Source: Thermithiobacillus tepidarius DSM 3134 (lineage in GTDB: Bacteria; Pseudomonadota; Gammaproteobacteria; Acidithiobacillales; Thermithiobacillaceae). From it: DNA of 32,000 bases. The stretch lies in the NCBI RefSeq assembly GCF_048300925.1, contig NZ_CP133759.1; one strand, 5' to 3'. Below are positions 1 to 8,918 of the stretch, in pieces. Every line of letters begins with the position of its first letter. Position 1 is the stretch's first letter. The notes beneath the pieces are model-generated. The model made no database searches. It had not been told where the DNA came from and saw nothing but the letters and a program-made list of their open reading frames with translations. The translations under genes were made by a program, and so were the position numbers.

Positions 1-808
1 GCTGGTGGACGGTCGCCAGTACAGCTTCTTTTTCGTGCTGCCCCGCGCCTTCGATGCCCGCCGTCCTCCGCTTCAGCCGCAGGCGCTCTTCGATTTCCTG
101 GCACCGGCCATCGTCGGGACGTACCAAGCCCTGGGCCTGCCGGCGGCGGCGCAGGGCAGACATGATTTCTGGGTGAATGGCCGCAAGATCGCCGGCACCG
201 GTTCGGGCCTGCTGGGGCCGTGCCAGGTTTTTGCCAGCAGCTTCATGCTGGACTTCGACGCGGCTTTGTTCGCCCGCCTGGTGGCGGCGCCGTCCGCCGG
301 GTTCCGGGCCTGGTTGGCGGAAGCGCTGGCCGAGTCGATGACTTCCTGGCGCGCCGAGGGAAGCGTGCCGGCGCCGACGGCGCTGGCGGCGGCCCTGCGT
401 GCGCAGGTGGAGCGGCATCTGGGCTGGCGCCTGGAGGAAAGCGCGCCGACGCCCTCCGAGGCGGCCGCCATGGCCGCGGCCCTGGACGAGGTGGAGGCGG
501 ACGAATGGGAGGCGGAAAGCAGTTCGTCCAAGCGGCGCGTGCCATACGGCATCAAGGTGAAGGCGGACACCTATCTGACGGAGCGCCACTGGGATGGGGA
601 GTGGGTGCGCATTCTCACCCGTGCCGGCCGGATCGCGCGCGTGGCCGGGGCCGGCCCGCTGATGCAGGCGGCGATCACCGAGGCGGTGCTGGGTTGCCGG
701 CCAACCGCGCCCGAGCTGGAACCGCGCCTGCGGTGTCTCGGGCCGGCGGCGGCACGGCACTGGGCCGAGCGCATACGGCAGACGGCCCATGTGGAAGAGA
801 ATGGCTAG
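1..808 (+). CDS. Lipoate-protein ligase / octanoyltransferase-like protein, probably 5'-truncated by the window edge, with an LplB-like C-terminal segment
   Basis: Frame open from the window start (track start GTG at 5). Contains the family-like 'FWVNGRKIAGTGSGL' motif; the upstream RRxTGG portion is missing. C-terminal 'YGIKVKADTYL...' resembles an accessory lipoate ligase domain. Confidence 0.6.
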   Translation, partial: LVDGRQYSFFFVLPRAFDARRPPLQPQALFDFLAPAIVGTYQALGLPAAAQGRHDFWVNGRKIAGTGSGLLGPCQVFASSFMLDFDAALFARLVAAPSAGFRAWLAEALAESMTSWRAEGSVPAPTALAAALRAQVERHLGWRLEESAPTPSEAAAMAAALDEVEADEWEAESSSSKRRVPYGIKVKADTYLTERHWDGEWVRILTRAGRIARVAGAGPLMQAAITEAVLGCRPTAPELEPRLRCLGPAAARHWAERIRQTAHVEENG

Positions 809-820
809 AGAGAACGAAGC

Positions 821-1216
821 ATGAGCGACAAGACACCGACCATTCAGCGGCGCTTGCAGCGGGCCTACATCGTGATGTCTTCGGACCCGGAGATCATCGC
901 GGCGTTGCGGGCGGCCACGCCGGCCGGATGGGAGATGAAGGCCGTGACGGATCTGGAAGAAGTGGGCGAGTGGCAGGAAATCCTGCTGCATCGCTTCATC
1001 CTGGTGGATCTCGACGAGGTGGACGTCTTCGATCCGTTGGCGCCCATCCGGGAAGTGCGCACCGAATACATGCTGCAGACGCCGATTTTCTGCTTTGGCG
1101 GGGATGAGGTGGTGCGGGATCAGGCGCGGTTGGCCCGGGCGGACCGGTTCTTCGGGCGCGAGGAAATCGTGCGGCGCTTGCCGGAATTTCTGGAACAGTT
1201 CGGCTGGGGTGGGTAA
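821..1216 (+). CDS. Small receiver-like (pseudo-receiver) hypothetical protein
   Basis: 131-aa ORF, ATG 12 nt after the previous stop. 'YIVMSSDPEIIAALR...RFILVDLDEVD...TPIFCFGG...ADRFFGREE' follows the receiver fold pattern. Confidence 0.55.
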   Translation: MSDKTPTIQRRLQRAYIVMSSDPEIIAALRAATPAGWEMKAVTDLEEVGEWQEILLHRFILVDLDEVDVFDPLAPIREVRTEYMLQTPIFCFGGDEVVRDQARLARADRFFGREEIVRRLPEFLEQFGWGG

Positions 1217-1255
1217 GGGGCGCCGCGACCGCGGTACCCCTTGCCGACAGTCGGT

Positions 1256-1579
1256 TCAGCCGACCCAGACGTGCGCTTCGACATCCAGGCGCAGATCGAC
1301 GGTCTCGCTGCGGCCGCCGGCATTGACCGTGATGTTGGCGATGCGCACGCCCGGGGTGTTGAAGCTGACTTCGCAGCTGAAGGTGCCGGGGAGGGCAACG
1401 GTCTTGCTGCACAGCACCTTGCCTTCCGCCTCCAGCTCCACGTTGGCCTGACCGCTGCCGTCCAGCATGAGCTGCACGCGGAAAGGATGGCCCGCCACCC
1501 GGCGGTAGACTTGCGGGTCACGGTTGGCGTTGTACTGCAGGTTGTTCAGCTTGACCATTTTGATCAGTTTCTGGCTCAT
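1256..1579 (-). CDS. Conserved-looking hypothetical protein, probably all-beta (Ig-like/SoxZ-like appearance)
   Basis: 107-aa ORF, ATG preceded by AGGAGGGC on the minus strand; alternating beta-type sequence. Confidence 0.55.
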   Translation of the reverse strand: MSQKLIKMVKLNNLQYNANRDPQVYRRVAGHPFRVQLMLDGSGQANVELEAEGKVLCSKTVALPGTFSCEVSFNTPGVRIANITVNAGGRSETVDLRLDVEAHVWVG

Positions 1580-1681
1580 GTGCCCTCCTTTATGAGCGAA
1601 TAAGAAAAATTTGTAGATCTATCGGACGTTTGAAGGATACGTGGGGGCCTATGCTAAACGAAATTTTTACTGGACGATAGA
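1580..1681. promoter_or_regulatory. AT-rich divergent intergenic region, probable promoters both ways
   Basis: Lies between divergent CDSs starting at 1579 (-) and 1682/1712 (+); locally AT-rich (e.g. 'aataagaaaaatttgtagatct', 'aaacgaaatttttactgg'). Confidence 0.45.
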
Positions 1682-2122
1682 GTGGCGGACGCCATATCGG
1701 GAGCGGGGTCGATGGAAAGCAAAAATGACTTGCCAGCAAAGCTGGATGCGGTAAACACCGCGCTGTTCGGATTGGAGCGGCGCCTGTCCCAGGGAGAAAA
1801 GCTGCCCCTGTCGGAGACGGTCGATCAAGCGATTGCCTTGGTCGAGGACATCCTGCGCGCCTTCGCCGATGCCGAGGGGAAGCCCTACGCCGAGTCCGAC
1901 CGCATCCTCGAGTTGTGGAAAAAACTGGTGAAAGGCGAGCCTACCTTGAATACAATCCGCGACAACTGTCGGGAACTGGTGTACTACCGCAACTGCATCG
2001 ACATGCAGCGCGAGGACGCCCTGCCGCCGCATCCGGAACGGATGGCCGTGCGGACCGCCCGCCACATCTACTTGTACATGCGCAGCCGCGCCGAGCAGCG
2101 CGGCATGCTGCAGGAAGACTGA
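1682..2122 (+). CDS. Hypothetical alpha-helical protein
   Basis: GTG start at 1682 or ATG at 1712; soluble helical protein located directly upstream of cbbQ. Confidence 0.6.
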   Translation: MADAISGAGSMESKNDLPAKLDAVNTALFGLERRLSQGEKLPLSETVDQAIALVEDILRAFADAEGKPYAESDRILELWKKLVKGEPTLNTIRDNCRELVYYRNCIDMQREDALPPHPERMAVRTARHIYLYMRSRAEQRGMLQED

Positions 2123-2154
2123 CGCCATACCAGCTTTAGCCAGCGGGAGAGTGA

Positions 2155-2955
2155 ATGGAAACCATGCGCACAGCCGCCGACCAGGCCCCTTTTTATCAGC
2201 CGGTCGGCAACGAGGTGGAGATTTTCGAGGCGGCCTACCGCAAGCGGCTGCCGGTGATGCTGAAGGGGCCGACGGGCTGCGGCAAGACCCGCTTCGTGGA
2301 ATACATGGCCCATCGTCTGCGCCGGCCGCTGATCACGGTGGCGTGTCACGAGGATCTCACCAGCTCGGATCTGGTCGGTCGCTTCCTGCTGGAAGGAGCG
2401 GAAACGGTCTGGCAGGATGGCCCGCTGACCCAGGCGGTCAAGACCGGAGCCTTCTGCTATCTTGATGAGATCGTCGAGGCGCGCACGGACACCACCGTGG
2501 TGATCCACCCCCTGACCGATCATCGCCGCCACCTGCCCCTGGAAAAGCGCGGGCAGGAGATCCAGGCCCACGACGACTTCATGCTGGTGATCTCGTACAA
2601 TCCCGGCTACCAGACCGTGCTCAAGGATTTGAAGCCCTCCACCAAGCAGCGCTTCGTGGCCTTGACCTTCGACTACCCGCCCGAGGAGATCGAGGCGCGG
2701 ATCGTGGCCCACGAAGCGGGCGTGGACGCGGCCCTGGCGGGCAAGCTGGTCGCCGCGGCGCGCAAGGCCCGCAACCTGAAGGACCATGGCCTGCAGGAGG
2801 TGACTTCCACGCGGGCGCTGGTCTACGCGGGCAGCCTGATGGCCAGCGGCGTGGCACCCCTGGAGGCCTGCCAGGTGGCTATCGTCAATCCGCAGACGGA
2901 TGATGCCGAGCTGGCGGAGGCGTTGATGGAGATTTTTCGGGCGTATTTTGGATAA
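2155..2955 (+). CDS. cbbQ: CbbQ/NirQ/NorQ-family AAA+ ATPase (RuBisCO activase motor subunit)
   Basis: Walker A 'GPTGCGKT', '[12 protein letters not shown]', Walker B 'AFCYLDEI', 'NPGYQ'; paired with cbbO downstream. Confidence 0.9.
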   Translation: METMRTAADQAPFYQPVGNEVEIFEAAYRKRLPVMLKGPTGCGKTRFVEYMAHRLRRPLITVACHEDLTSSDLVGRFLLEGAETVWQDGPLTQAVKTGAFCYLDEIVEARTDTTVVIHPLTDHRRHLPLEKRGQEIQAHDDFMLVISYNPGYQTVLKDLKPSTKQRFVALTFDYPPEEIEARIVAHEAGVDAALAGKLVAAARKARNLKDHGLQEVTSTRALVYAGSLMASGVAPLEACQVAIVNPQTDDAELAEALMEIFRAYFG

Positions 2956-3012
2956 GTGGAGCGGGTTGGACTGGGCTGAAATTGGTTCAGTCCAATGGGG
3001 TTGAGGGTTGGA

Positions 3013-3028
3013 GCGGGCTTCCGCCCGC
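3013..3028. other. Short GC hairpin in the cbbQ-cbbO spacer
   Basis: GCGGGC-TTCC-GCCCGC, perfect 6-bp stem with 4-nt loop. Confidence 0.4.
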
Positions 3029-3187
3029 GGGTGCTTGGGTGTCGGGGGTTGCCCGACAGCCTGCGACCTTTGCCATTCGCTGCGCTCACGCTCGCCTGCG
3101 GCTCGCGAAAACGGGCAGCGCCCGTTGCCTGAGGCGCCGACGGCGCCGGCTCGGACAGGCACTCGCTCGTTGCTGCCGCCCCTGGCG

Positions 3188-3255
3188 GTAGGAGCGAGCT
3201 TGCTCGCGAGCCACTGTGCCGATGGGGAGGCAATCGCGAGCGAGCTCGCTCCTAC
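3188..3255. repeat. Inverted pair of REP-like elements
   Basis: GTAGGAGCGAGCTTGCTCGCGA (3188-3209) and TCGCGAGCGAGCTCGCTCCTAC (3234-3255) in inverse orientation, ~24-nt spacer. Same consensus recurs at 18726 and 18935. Confidence 0.85.
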
Positions 3256-3464
3256 GAGCCAGGATGCCGGCCCGCCAGGATTTGGCACGGCACCGCAGCC
3301 GCCCGGAATACCCGTTTCCGCGGAAAGCCGGCAGGTGAGAGGGACAATGCGGCTAGGGCGGGTTCGCTGCAAGATTGGATGCCCACGGAGCGACTTGGGA
3401 CTGGAGCGCAAGGTCAGGCATTCCACTCGCATTTCACGACTCACGTTTCACCTACCGGACGCAC

Positions 3465-5963
3465 ATGAACACTGCTGCTGAAGAAGTTCTCGAACACCTG
3501 GCCGCCATCAGCTTCGTCGCGGGGCGGGATGCGCGGGCGGCGTTGCCGGCGGTGGAGCCGCTGGGCGATGCCGCGGTGCTGCGCTATCTGGAAGCCGGGC
3601 GCGACTTGTTTTTTTACGATCGCGAGGCGGGCAAGGCGCTTTTCCAGCATACGGCGGCGCTGGTGCCCGCCTTCGGCGGCGTGGAGCCCTGGATCACGCA
3701 GGCGGACAGCTTTCGCAAGTTCCGCGGCAGTTGGAAGGCCCTGAGCGCCTTCCTCGAACAGGCCGGCGAGGTGCGCAGCCGCTACGGCGCGGAGGTGGAA
3801 ACCCGCTGGTACGAGCTGGGCTACGCCTTCCTGGCCAGCCACGTGGACAGCGGCACCGCCTTTTTCCGGGCACCCTTCGCCGAGCTGGCGGGGACGGCGG
3901 GCAGCGTGGCGCGGATGGAAGCCCTGCTCGCACCGGCCAGGGAGCTCCTGAATCAGCGGCTGGGACTCGGCACTTACCTGCAGGGGGCGCTGCGCGTGCG
4001 CCAGATGACCGACGACGCCGGTCTGCTGGACTGGGCGCGGCGCGGCGCCGACGTGCTGCAAAGCGGCCGTCTGCGCGGGGAGGCTTATTTCCGGTTGGAA
4101 AGCGAAGAGAGTCTGGGTTTCCTGCTGGAGGTGCTGCCCGGCTATCGCACCCGCTCTCAGCAGCGTCTGCTGGCCCTGCTGGTGCAGGCCTGGTTCGGCC
4201 TGCCCATGCCGCTGGAGGACAGCAACTGGGCGCCGGACAAGGGGCGCGCCTTCGTGGAAACGGACGGGCGCCGCCTGTTCGTGCCGGCCATCATGGCCGA
4301 CCGCGAGGAAGCCGTGCTGGCCCTGCTGCATACGGCGGGACACATCCGCGCCGGCAGCTACGACCGCGCGGCCATCGAGGCGCTTTTTGCCGTGATCGGC
4401 GTCGAGCATCCGCCCCTCGATGACCAGGAGCGCATCACCTGGCGCCCGCTCTTTGCCCAGTTCGGGCAGGACATGATCCGCTTCCAGCTGATCTTCGACC
4501 TATGCGAGGACCTGCGCGTGGACAACCGGGTCCGGCAGGAGGTGCCCCACTACCTGGAACGCATAGTGCAATTGGCCGAGCGTCGCCCGCGCCCCGCAGG
4601 GCCGGCCGGCGCCTATTTCACGGCGGCGCTGGAGCAGGCCAGGGCCCTGCTGGGCCAGGGCAGATTGCCCGAGCGGCTGCAGCCGCTGCTCGAACCCGGC
4701 GCCACCATCGTCGACAGCTTCCGCATCGCGCTGGCGTGGTACGCCGAGGACAGCTTCCCGTCCATTGCCCTGAGTCAGCGCGGCGAGGCTTACCTGCCCG
4801 GCCGCTCGCCCAACGCCGCCCGGCCGGTCTTCCCCACCCGCAAAGGCAAGCCGGTGGACGATGCCGGCGCGGATGAAGGCGGCTTGCTGGGCCAGCCCCA
4901 CGAGGAGGAACCCAGGAAGGAGGTGCCGCAGCAGGCCGCTGGTCACGATCCCGACTTCGACATCCCGCCGGAGGACACCAGCGGTCAAGGTGGGCGCGTG
5001 GGCGTGGGCAAGCCCATGCCGAGCAAGGTGACCGGCCGCGGGCGGGGCTTCAAGAAGACGGAAGGCGGCATTCCCTATCCGGAGTGGGACTACCGGGCGG
5101 GGAGCTTCAAGGCGGACTGGGCGCGCGTGCACCTGCGCAAGCTGCAGGAGGAGGACGCCGCCGAGGCCGAGCAGCTGATGGGCCAATATCGCAGCGCGCT
5201 GCTGCGCCTGAAAAAAGCCATCCAGGCGCAGAAGCCGACCCGCTTGGCCCCGCTGCGGCGCCAGATGGAAGGCGAGGAGATCGACATCGAGGCGGCGGTG
5301 CAGTTCGTGGCCGAGCGGCACGCCGGCCAGTCGCCCAAGGCCAACGTCTACCGCCAACGCCGTCAGCAGCACCGCGACACCAGCGTGCTCCTGCTGGCGG
5401 ACATGTCCACCTCCATCATGGCCCAGTTGCCGGACGGCGGCGGGCGCATCGTCGACCGCCTGCGCGCGGCCATGCTGCTCTTCGCTGAAGCGCTCAACGA
5501 GGTGGGCGACCCTTACGCCCTCTACGGCTTCGCCAGCAAGTATCGGGACAACGTGTCGGTCTATCCCATCAAGCGCTTCCAGGATGCCTTCGACTCCCGA
5601 GTGCGCGCCGTCATCGGCGGCCTGTCGGGACGCTTGGCCACGCGCATGGGCGCGGCCATCCGGCATGCCACCCGCACCATGCAGGCGAGTCCGGCCCAGC
5701 GGCGGCTCCTGCTCATCCTGTCGGACGGCCGCCCCTCCGATTACGACGACGGCGGCGACGCGCGCTACCTGCACGAGGACACGCGGATGGCGGTGAAGGA
5801 GGCGGTGGACGCCGGCGTGCATTCCTTCTGCATCACCCTCGACCCGCAGGGCAGCCAATATCTGCCCGGCATCTTCGGCGTCGGGCACTACTTGGTGCTG
5901 GATCATCTGGACAGCTTGCCGGCCCGGTTGCCGGAAGTGTATCTGCGCCTGCGCAAGGCCTGA
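3465..5963 (+). CDS. cbbO: CbbO, von Willebrand factor A domain RuBisCO activase adaptor subunit
   Basis: Frame 3375..5963 with ATG at 3465 as the likely start. C-terminal VWA domain with MIDAS 'LLLADMSTSIM' (DxSxS); NorD/CbbO-like; downstream of cbbQ. Confidence 0.88.
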   Translation: MNTAAEEVLEHLAAISFVAGRDARAALPAVEPLGDAAVLRYLEAGRDLFFYDREAGKALFQHTAALVPAFGGVEPWITQADSFRKFRGSWKALSAFLEQAGEVRSRYGAEVETRWYELGYAFLASHVDSGTAFFRAPFAELAGTAGSVARMEALLAPARELLNQRLGLGTYLQGALRVRQMTDDAGLLDWARRGADVLQSGRLRGEAYFRLESEESLGFLLEVLPGYRTRSQQRLLALLVQAWFGLPMPLEDSNWAPDKGRAFVETDGRRLFVPAIMADREEAVLALLHTAGHIRAGSYDRAAIEALFAVIGVEHPPLDDQERITWRPLFAQFGQDMIRFQLIFDLCEDLRVDNRVRQEVPHYLERIVQLAERRPRPAGPAGAYFTAALEQARALLGQGRLPERLQPLLEPGATIVDSFRIALAWYAEDSFPSIALSQRGEAYLPGRSPNAARPVFPTRKGKPVDDAGADEGGLLGQPHEEEPRKEVPQQAAGHDPDFDIPPEDTSGQGGRVGVGKPMPSKVTGRGRGFKKTEGGIPYPEWDYRAGSFKADWARVHLRKLQEEDAAEAEQLMGQYRSALLRLKKAIQAQKPTRLAPLRRQMEGEEIDIEAAVQFVAERHAGQSPKANVYRQRRQQHRDTSVLLLADMSTSIMAQLPDGGGRIVDRLRAAMLLFAEALNEVGDPYALYGFASKYRDNVSVYPIKRFQDAFDSRVRAVIGGLSGRLATRMGAAIRHATRTMQASPAQRRLLLILSDGRPSDYDDGGDARYLHEDTRMAVKEAVDAGVHSFCITLDPQGSQYLPGIFGVGHYLVLDHLDSLPARLPEVYLRLRKA

Positions 5964-5970
5964 GTGCGGC

Positions 5971-7173
5971 ATGAACGAGACCGACAAGTTTGCGCCCCGG
6001 AGCCTGCCCACCCGCGATGCGCTGTTCATCGGCGCGGCCCGCTACCGGCGGCCGAGCTACACCTCCAATCACCCGCTGGCCATCCCGCGGGTCTCCCTGG
6101 CCTTGGATCTCATCAACGCCTACGGCGCCATCACGCCCGCCGAGTACCTGACCGGCCGCAAAGCCAGCAACAAGGAGCTGACCTGGTTCCACGAGCCGGC
6201 CTATATCCAGGCGTTCCAGCGCGCCCAGTTCCGCGGCAAGGTGACCCAGGCCGATCGCGAGCGCTTCCAGCTCGGCAACCTGGAAAATCCGTATTTCCCG
6301 GATTTTTTCGACACGCCGAGCCTCGCCACCGGCTCCAGCATCCAAGGGGCGGAGCAGGTGCTCGCCGGGCGCACCGCCTTCAGTCCGGCGGGCGGCATGC
6401 ACCACGCCGCGCCGCATCAGGCGCGCGGCTTCTGCTATCTCAACGATCCGGCATTGGCTATCATGCGCCTGCGGCGGGCGGGACTGCGGGTGTTGTACCT
6501 GGATATCGACGCGCACCATGGCGACGGGGTGGAAGCCGCCTTCGTCGATGATCCGGAGACTCTGACCGCCTCCATCCACATGGACACGAGCTACGCCTAT
6601 CCCTTCCAGGGCGGCGGCATCGACGACCAGCCGGGTGGTGCCGTCAACCTGCCCCTGCCGCCGGGCATCAACGACGCGGAGTACCGCCTGGCCTTCCACA
6701 GCCTGTGGTCGCGGCTGCTGGAAGGCTTCCGGCCGGACGTGGTGGTGCTGCAGGCGGGGACGGACATCCTGACCCACGATCCCCTGAGCAAATTCCGGGT
6801 CTCCAACGGCGTGTTCTGGGAGGCGGCGACACGCGTCATCGACGAGAGTCCACGGCTGCTGGTGCTGGGCGGCGGCGGCTATCATCCCATCGCCTTGGCG
6901 CGCTGCTGGACCGGCGTGTGGGCGCGACTGACGGGACGCGCTCTGGACGAGCGCCTGCCGGATGCCGCCAGTGCCCTGCTGCGCGCCGTCAACTGGGAGC
7001 TGGACGACGAAGATGCCGAGGAAACCGAGCGGCTGTATACCCACTTGAGCGACCTGCCCAACGACGGCCCGGTGCGGGAAGAAGTGCGGGCGCGCGTGCA
7101 GCGGCTGCTGGACAGTCACCCGCTGCTGGCGCCGCGGGTCATGGCCGTCAGACAGATTGAAAGCAAGGACTGA
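5971..7173 (+). CDS. Histone deacetylase / acetoin utilization (AcuC/HDAC-like) family protein
   Basis: 'GGMHHAAPHQARGFCYLNDPALAI', 'LYLDIDAHHGDGVEAAF', 'LGGGGYH': class I/II HDAC active-site and zinc motifs. Starts 7 nt after the cbbO stop. Confidence 0.88.
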   Translation: MNETDKFAPRSLPTRDALFIGAARYRRPSYTSNHPLAIPRVSLALDLINAYGAITPAEYLTGRKASNKELTWFHEPAYIQAFQRAQFRGKVTQADRERFQLGNLENPYFPDFFDTPSLATGSSIQGAEQVLAGRTAFSPAGGMHHAAPHQARGFCYLNDPALAIMRLRRAGLRVLYLDIDAHHGDGVEAAFVDDPETLTASIHMDTSYAYPFQGGGIDDQPGGAVNLPLPPGINDAEYRLAFHSLWSRLLEGFRPDVVVLQAGTDILTHDPLSKFRVSNGVFWEAATRVIDESPRLLVLGGGGYHPIALARCWTGVWARLTGRALDERLPDAASALLRAVNWELDDEDAEETERLYTHLSDLPNDGPVREEVRARVQRLLDSHPLLAPRVMAVRQIESKD

Positions 7174-7183
7174 GACGAACCCC

Positions 7184-8332
7184 ATGCCAAACCAAGAAAC
7201 TGCATTGCTGCCCGGCCATGCCACGCCGGAGGGGACCAAGGCCTATCAGGCCCGCTTCGGCGCCCGCCTGCCCGAGTCGCATTACAGCGACTTTCTGAAG
7301 ACGCACATCAAGATGTCATCCATCGGCATCGGCACCTTTCCGGGGCAGCCCGACGAGGCCACCGACGAGGCCTACGCCCGGATCGTCAGCCGCGCGCTGC
7401 AGGAAGGGGTCAACGTCATCGATACCGGGGCCAACTACCGCTACGGCCGCTCTCCGCGCGCGGTGGGGGAGGGGGTGCGCCGGGCTTTGGCGGCGGGCGT
7501 GCCCCGCGAAGCCATGTTCCTGGTGTCCAAGGGCGGTTTCCTCACTCTGCCCGAGGGACGGCCCGACGACATGGCGGCTTTCTTCAGGCGGGAGATCATG
7601 GCCAAAGGACTGGGCTCGCCCGAGGACTTGGCCCAAGGCATCCATCTGCTGAACCCCGCCTACATCCTTTGGCAACTGGAGCAGAGCCGCCGGGCCATGG
7701 GCGTGGAAACCCTGGACGCCTTCCTGGTGGACCAGCCGGAGATCCACATTCCGCTGATCGGCAAGGAGCGCATGCACCGCAAGCTGCTGCGCGTTTTCGA
7801 GGCGCTGGAGATGGCGGTGGCGGCGGGCAAGCTGCGTTACTACGGTATTTCCACCTTCAATGCTTGCCGGGTCGAGACGGACAATCCGCTCTTCCAGTCC
7901 ATGACCAGTCTGATCGGCTTGGCGGAGAAGGCTGCCGGCGAGGGCAAGCGGCACCACCTGCGCATCGTGCAGATGCCCTTCAACTACCTGATGACCGAAG
8001 GCTTCACCCGCTTCAGCCAAGCCACCGGCCAGGGCAATGTGGCCTCCACCATCCAGGCCGCCTTCCAGCTGCGCCTGTATCTCATGGCCAGCCACACCCT
8101 GGGCAAGGGCATCCTGGCCCGCGAGAGCCCGGAAATCTTCCCGGCCATGATGCCCACGTTGGCCAATCCGGCGCAGCGGGCCATCCAGTTCAACCGCTCC
8201 ACGCCGGGGGTGGGCACCACCCTGGTGGGCATCAGCCAGCCGGCCCACCTGGAAGATGCGTTGGCGGTGGCGCGCAGCGAGCCTTTGCCGAAGGAGCAGT
8301 ATCTGAAAATGTATCAGCGGGCGGAGGATTAG
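7184..8332 (+). CDS. Aldo/keto reductase family protein (atypical active site)
   Basis: 'VNVIDTGANYRYGRSPRAVGEGVRRAL', 'FLVSKGGF', 'LRYYGISTFNA'. ATG at 7184 preferred over TTG 7157. Confidence 0.8.
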   Translation: MPNQETALLPGHATPEGTKAYQARFGARLPESHYSDFLKTHIKMSSIGIGTFPGQPDEATDEAYARIVSRALQEGVNVIDTGANYRYGRSPRAVGEGVRRALAAGVPREAMFLVSKGGFLTLPEGRPDDMAAFFRREIMAKGLGSPEDLAQGIHLLNPAYILWQLEQSRRAMGVETLDAFLVDQPEIHIPLIGKERMHRKLLRVFEALEMAVAAGKLRYYGISTFNACRVETDNPLFQSMTSLIGLAEKAAGEGKRHHLRIVQMPFNYLMTEGFTRFSQATGQGNVASTIQAAFQLRLYLMASHTLGKGILARESPEIFPAMMPTLANPAQRAIQFNRSTPGVGTTLVGISQPAHLEDALAVARSEPLPKEQYLKMYQRAED

Positions 8333-8358
8333 GCCCCAGCGGAGCCGGCATTCGCACA

Positions 8359-8381
8359 GCAGCCCCCGCGCTGGGGGCTGC
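8359..8381. terminator. Strong GC hairpin between convergent genes, possible bidirectional terminator (no clear U tract)
   Basis: GCAGCCCCC-GCGCT-GGGGGCTGC, perfect 9-bp stem; lies between stops at 8332 (+) and 8401 (-). Confidence 0.45.
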
Positions 8382-8400
8382 CCGGGCCGGGCGGGACAGC

Positions 8401-8684
8401 CTAGTGGCTGTAGCGGCGGTTCAGGAAGTAGAGCACGGACAAAAAGCCCAAGGCCAGCATGACGGAGTCCAGGTTGGGGTGGCGCGCCGGATGGGCTTCC
8501 TCCTCGGCCAGCAACCTGCTCAAGTCGGCTGCATCGGCTGCGCCCAGCGGAGTGCCAGACGCGCTGGCCAGCAGCGGGATGCTTTGCGGAGCCTGCGCCA
8601 AGGCGGTCAGCGGCATGGCTGCAAGCAGTATGGCGCAAAGGAACAGCAGAGCAAACAGGCTTCCCTTTGGAAGACGGTTTTCCA
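8401..8684 (-). CDS. Small exported hypothetical protein with N-terminal signal and C-terminal hydrophobic helix
   Basis: 'MENRLPKGSLFALLFLCAILLAAMPLTALAQA' signal-like start; C-terminus 'LDSVMLALGFLSVLYFLNRRYSH'. ATG at 8684 chosen within track ORF 8401..8712. Confidence 0.55.
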
Positions 8685-8918
8685 TGTTTTTCCCCTTTGT
8701 GAGTTGATCCAAGCTTGGTGCGCTTTGCGGCCTTCAGATGCCGGCGCTGTTATGTTGACGCGGTGCAGCACTGAGTCGCTTTAAGTTCTCCCCGAGGCAA
8801 GTGTATGCCTTCCGGGAGGCGTGGCCATGAGGCCTTGGTCTGATTGGCAGGGGAGGTGCTGAATGCCGGGCCGACAGGCTGGGACTGGCGCCGGATTTCG
8901 CCCGGCTGCTCCCTGGTC

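Noticed and set aside
2966-2995. TTGGACTG...CAGTCCAA 8-bp inverted repeat after cbbQ as a terminator
   Set aside because: Long 14-nt loop and no U tract; a weak candidate, not listed as a feature.
3188-3255. Possible CRISPR repeat
   Set aside because: Only paired inverted units with no regularly spaced direct repeats and no cas genes; fits a REP-like pair.
2068-3444. 458-aa minus-strand ORF over cbbQ and the spacer
   Set aside because: Runs across an intergenic repeat region and opposes clear cbbQ; low-complexity composition.
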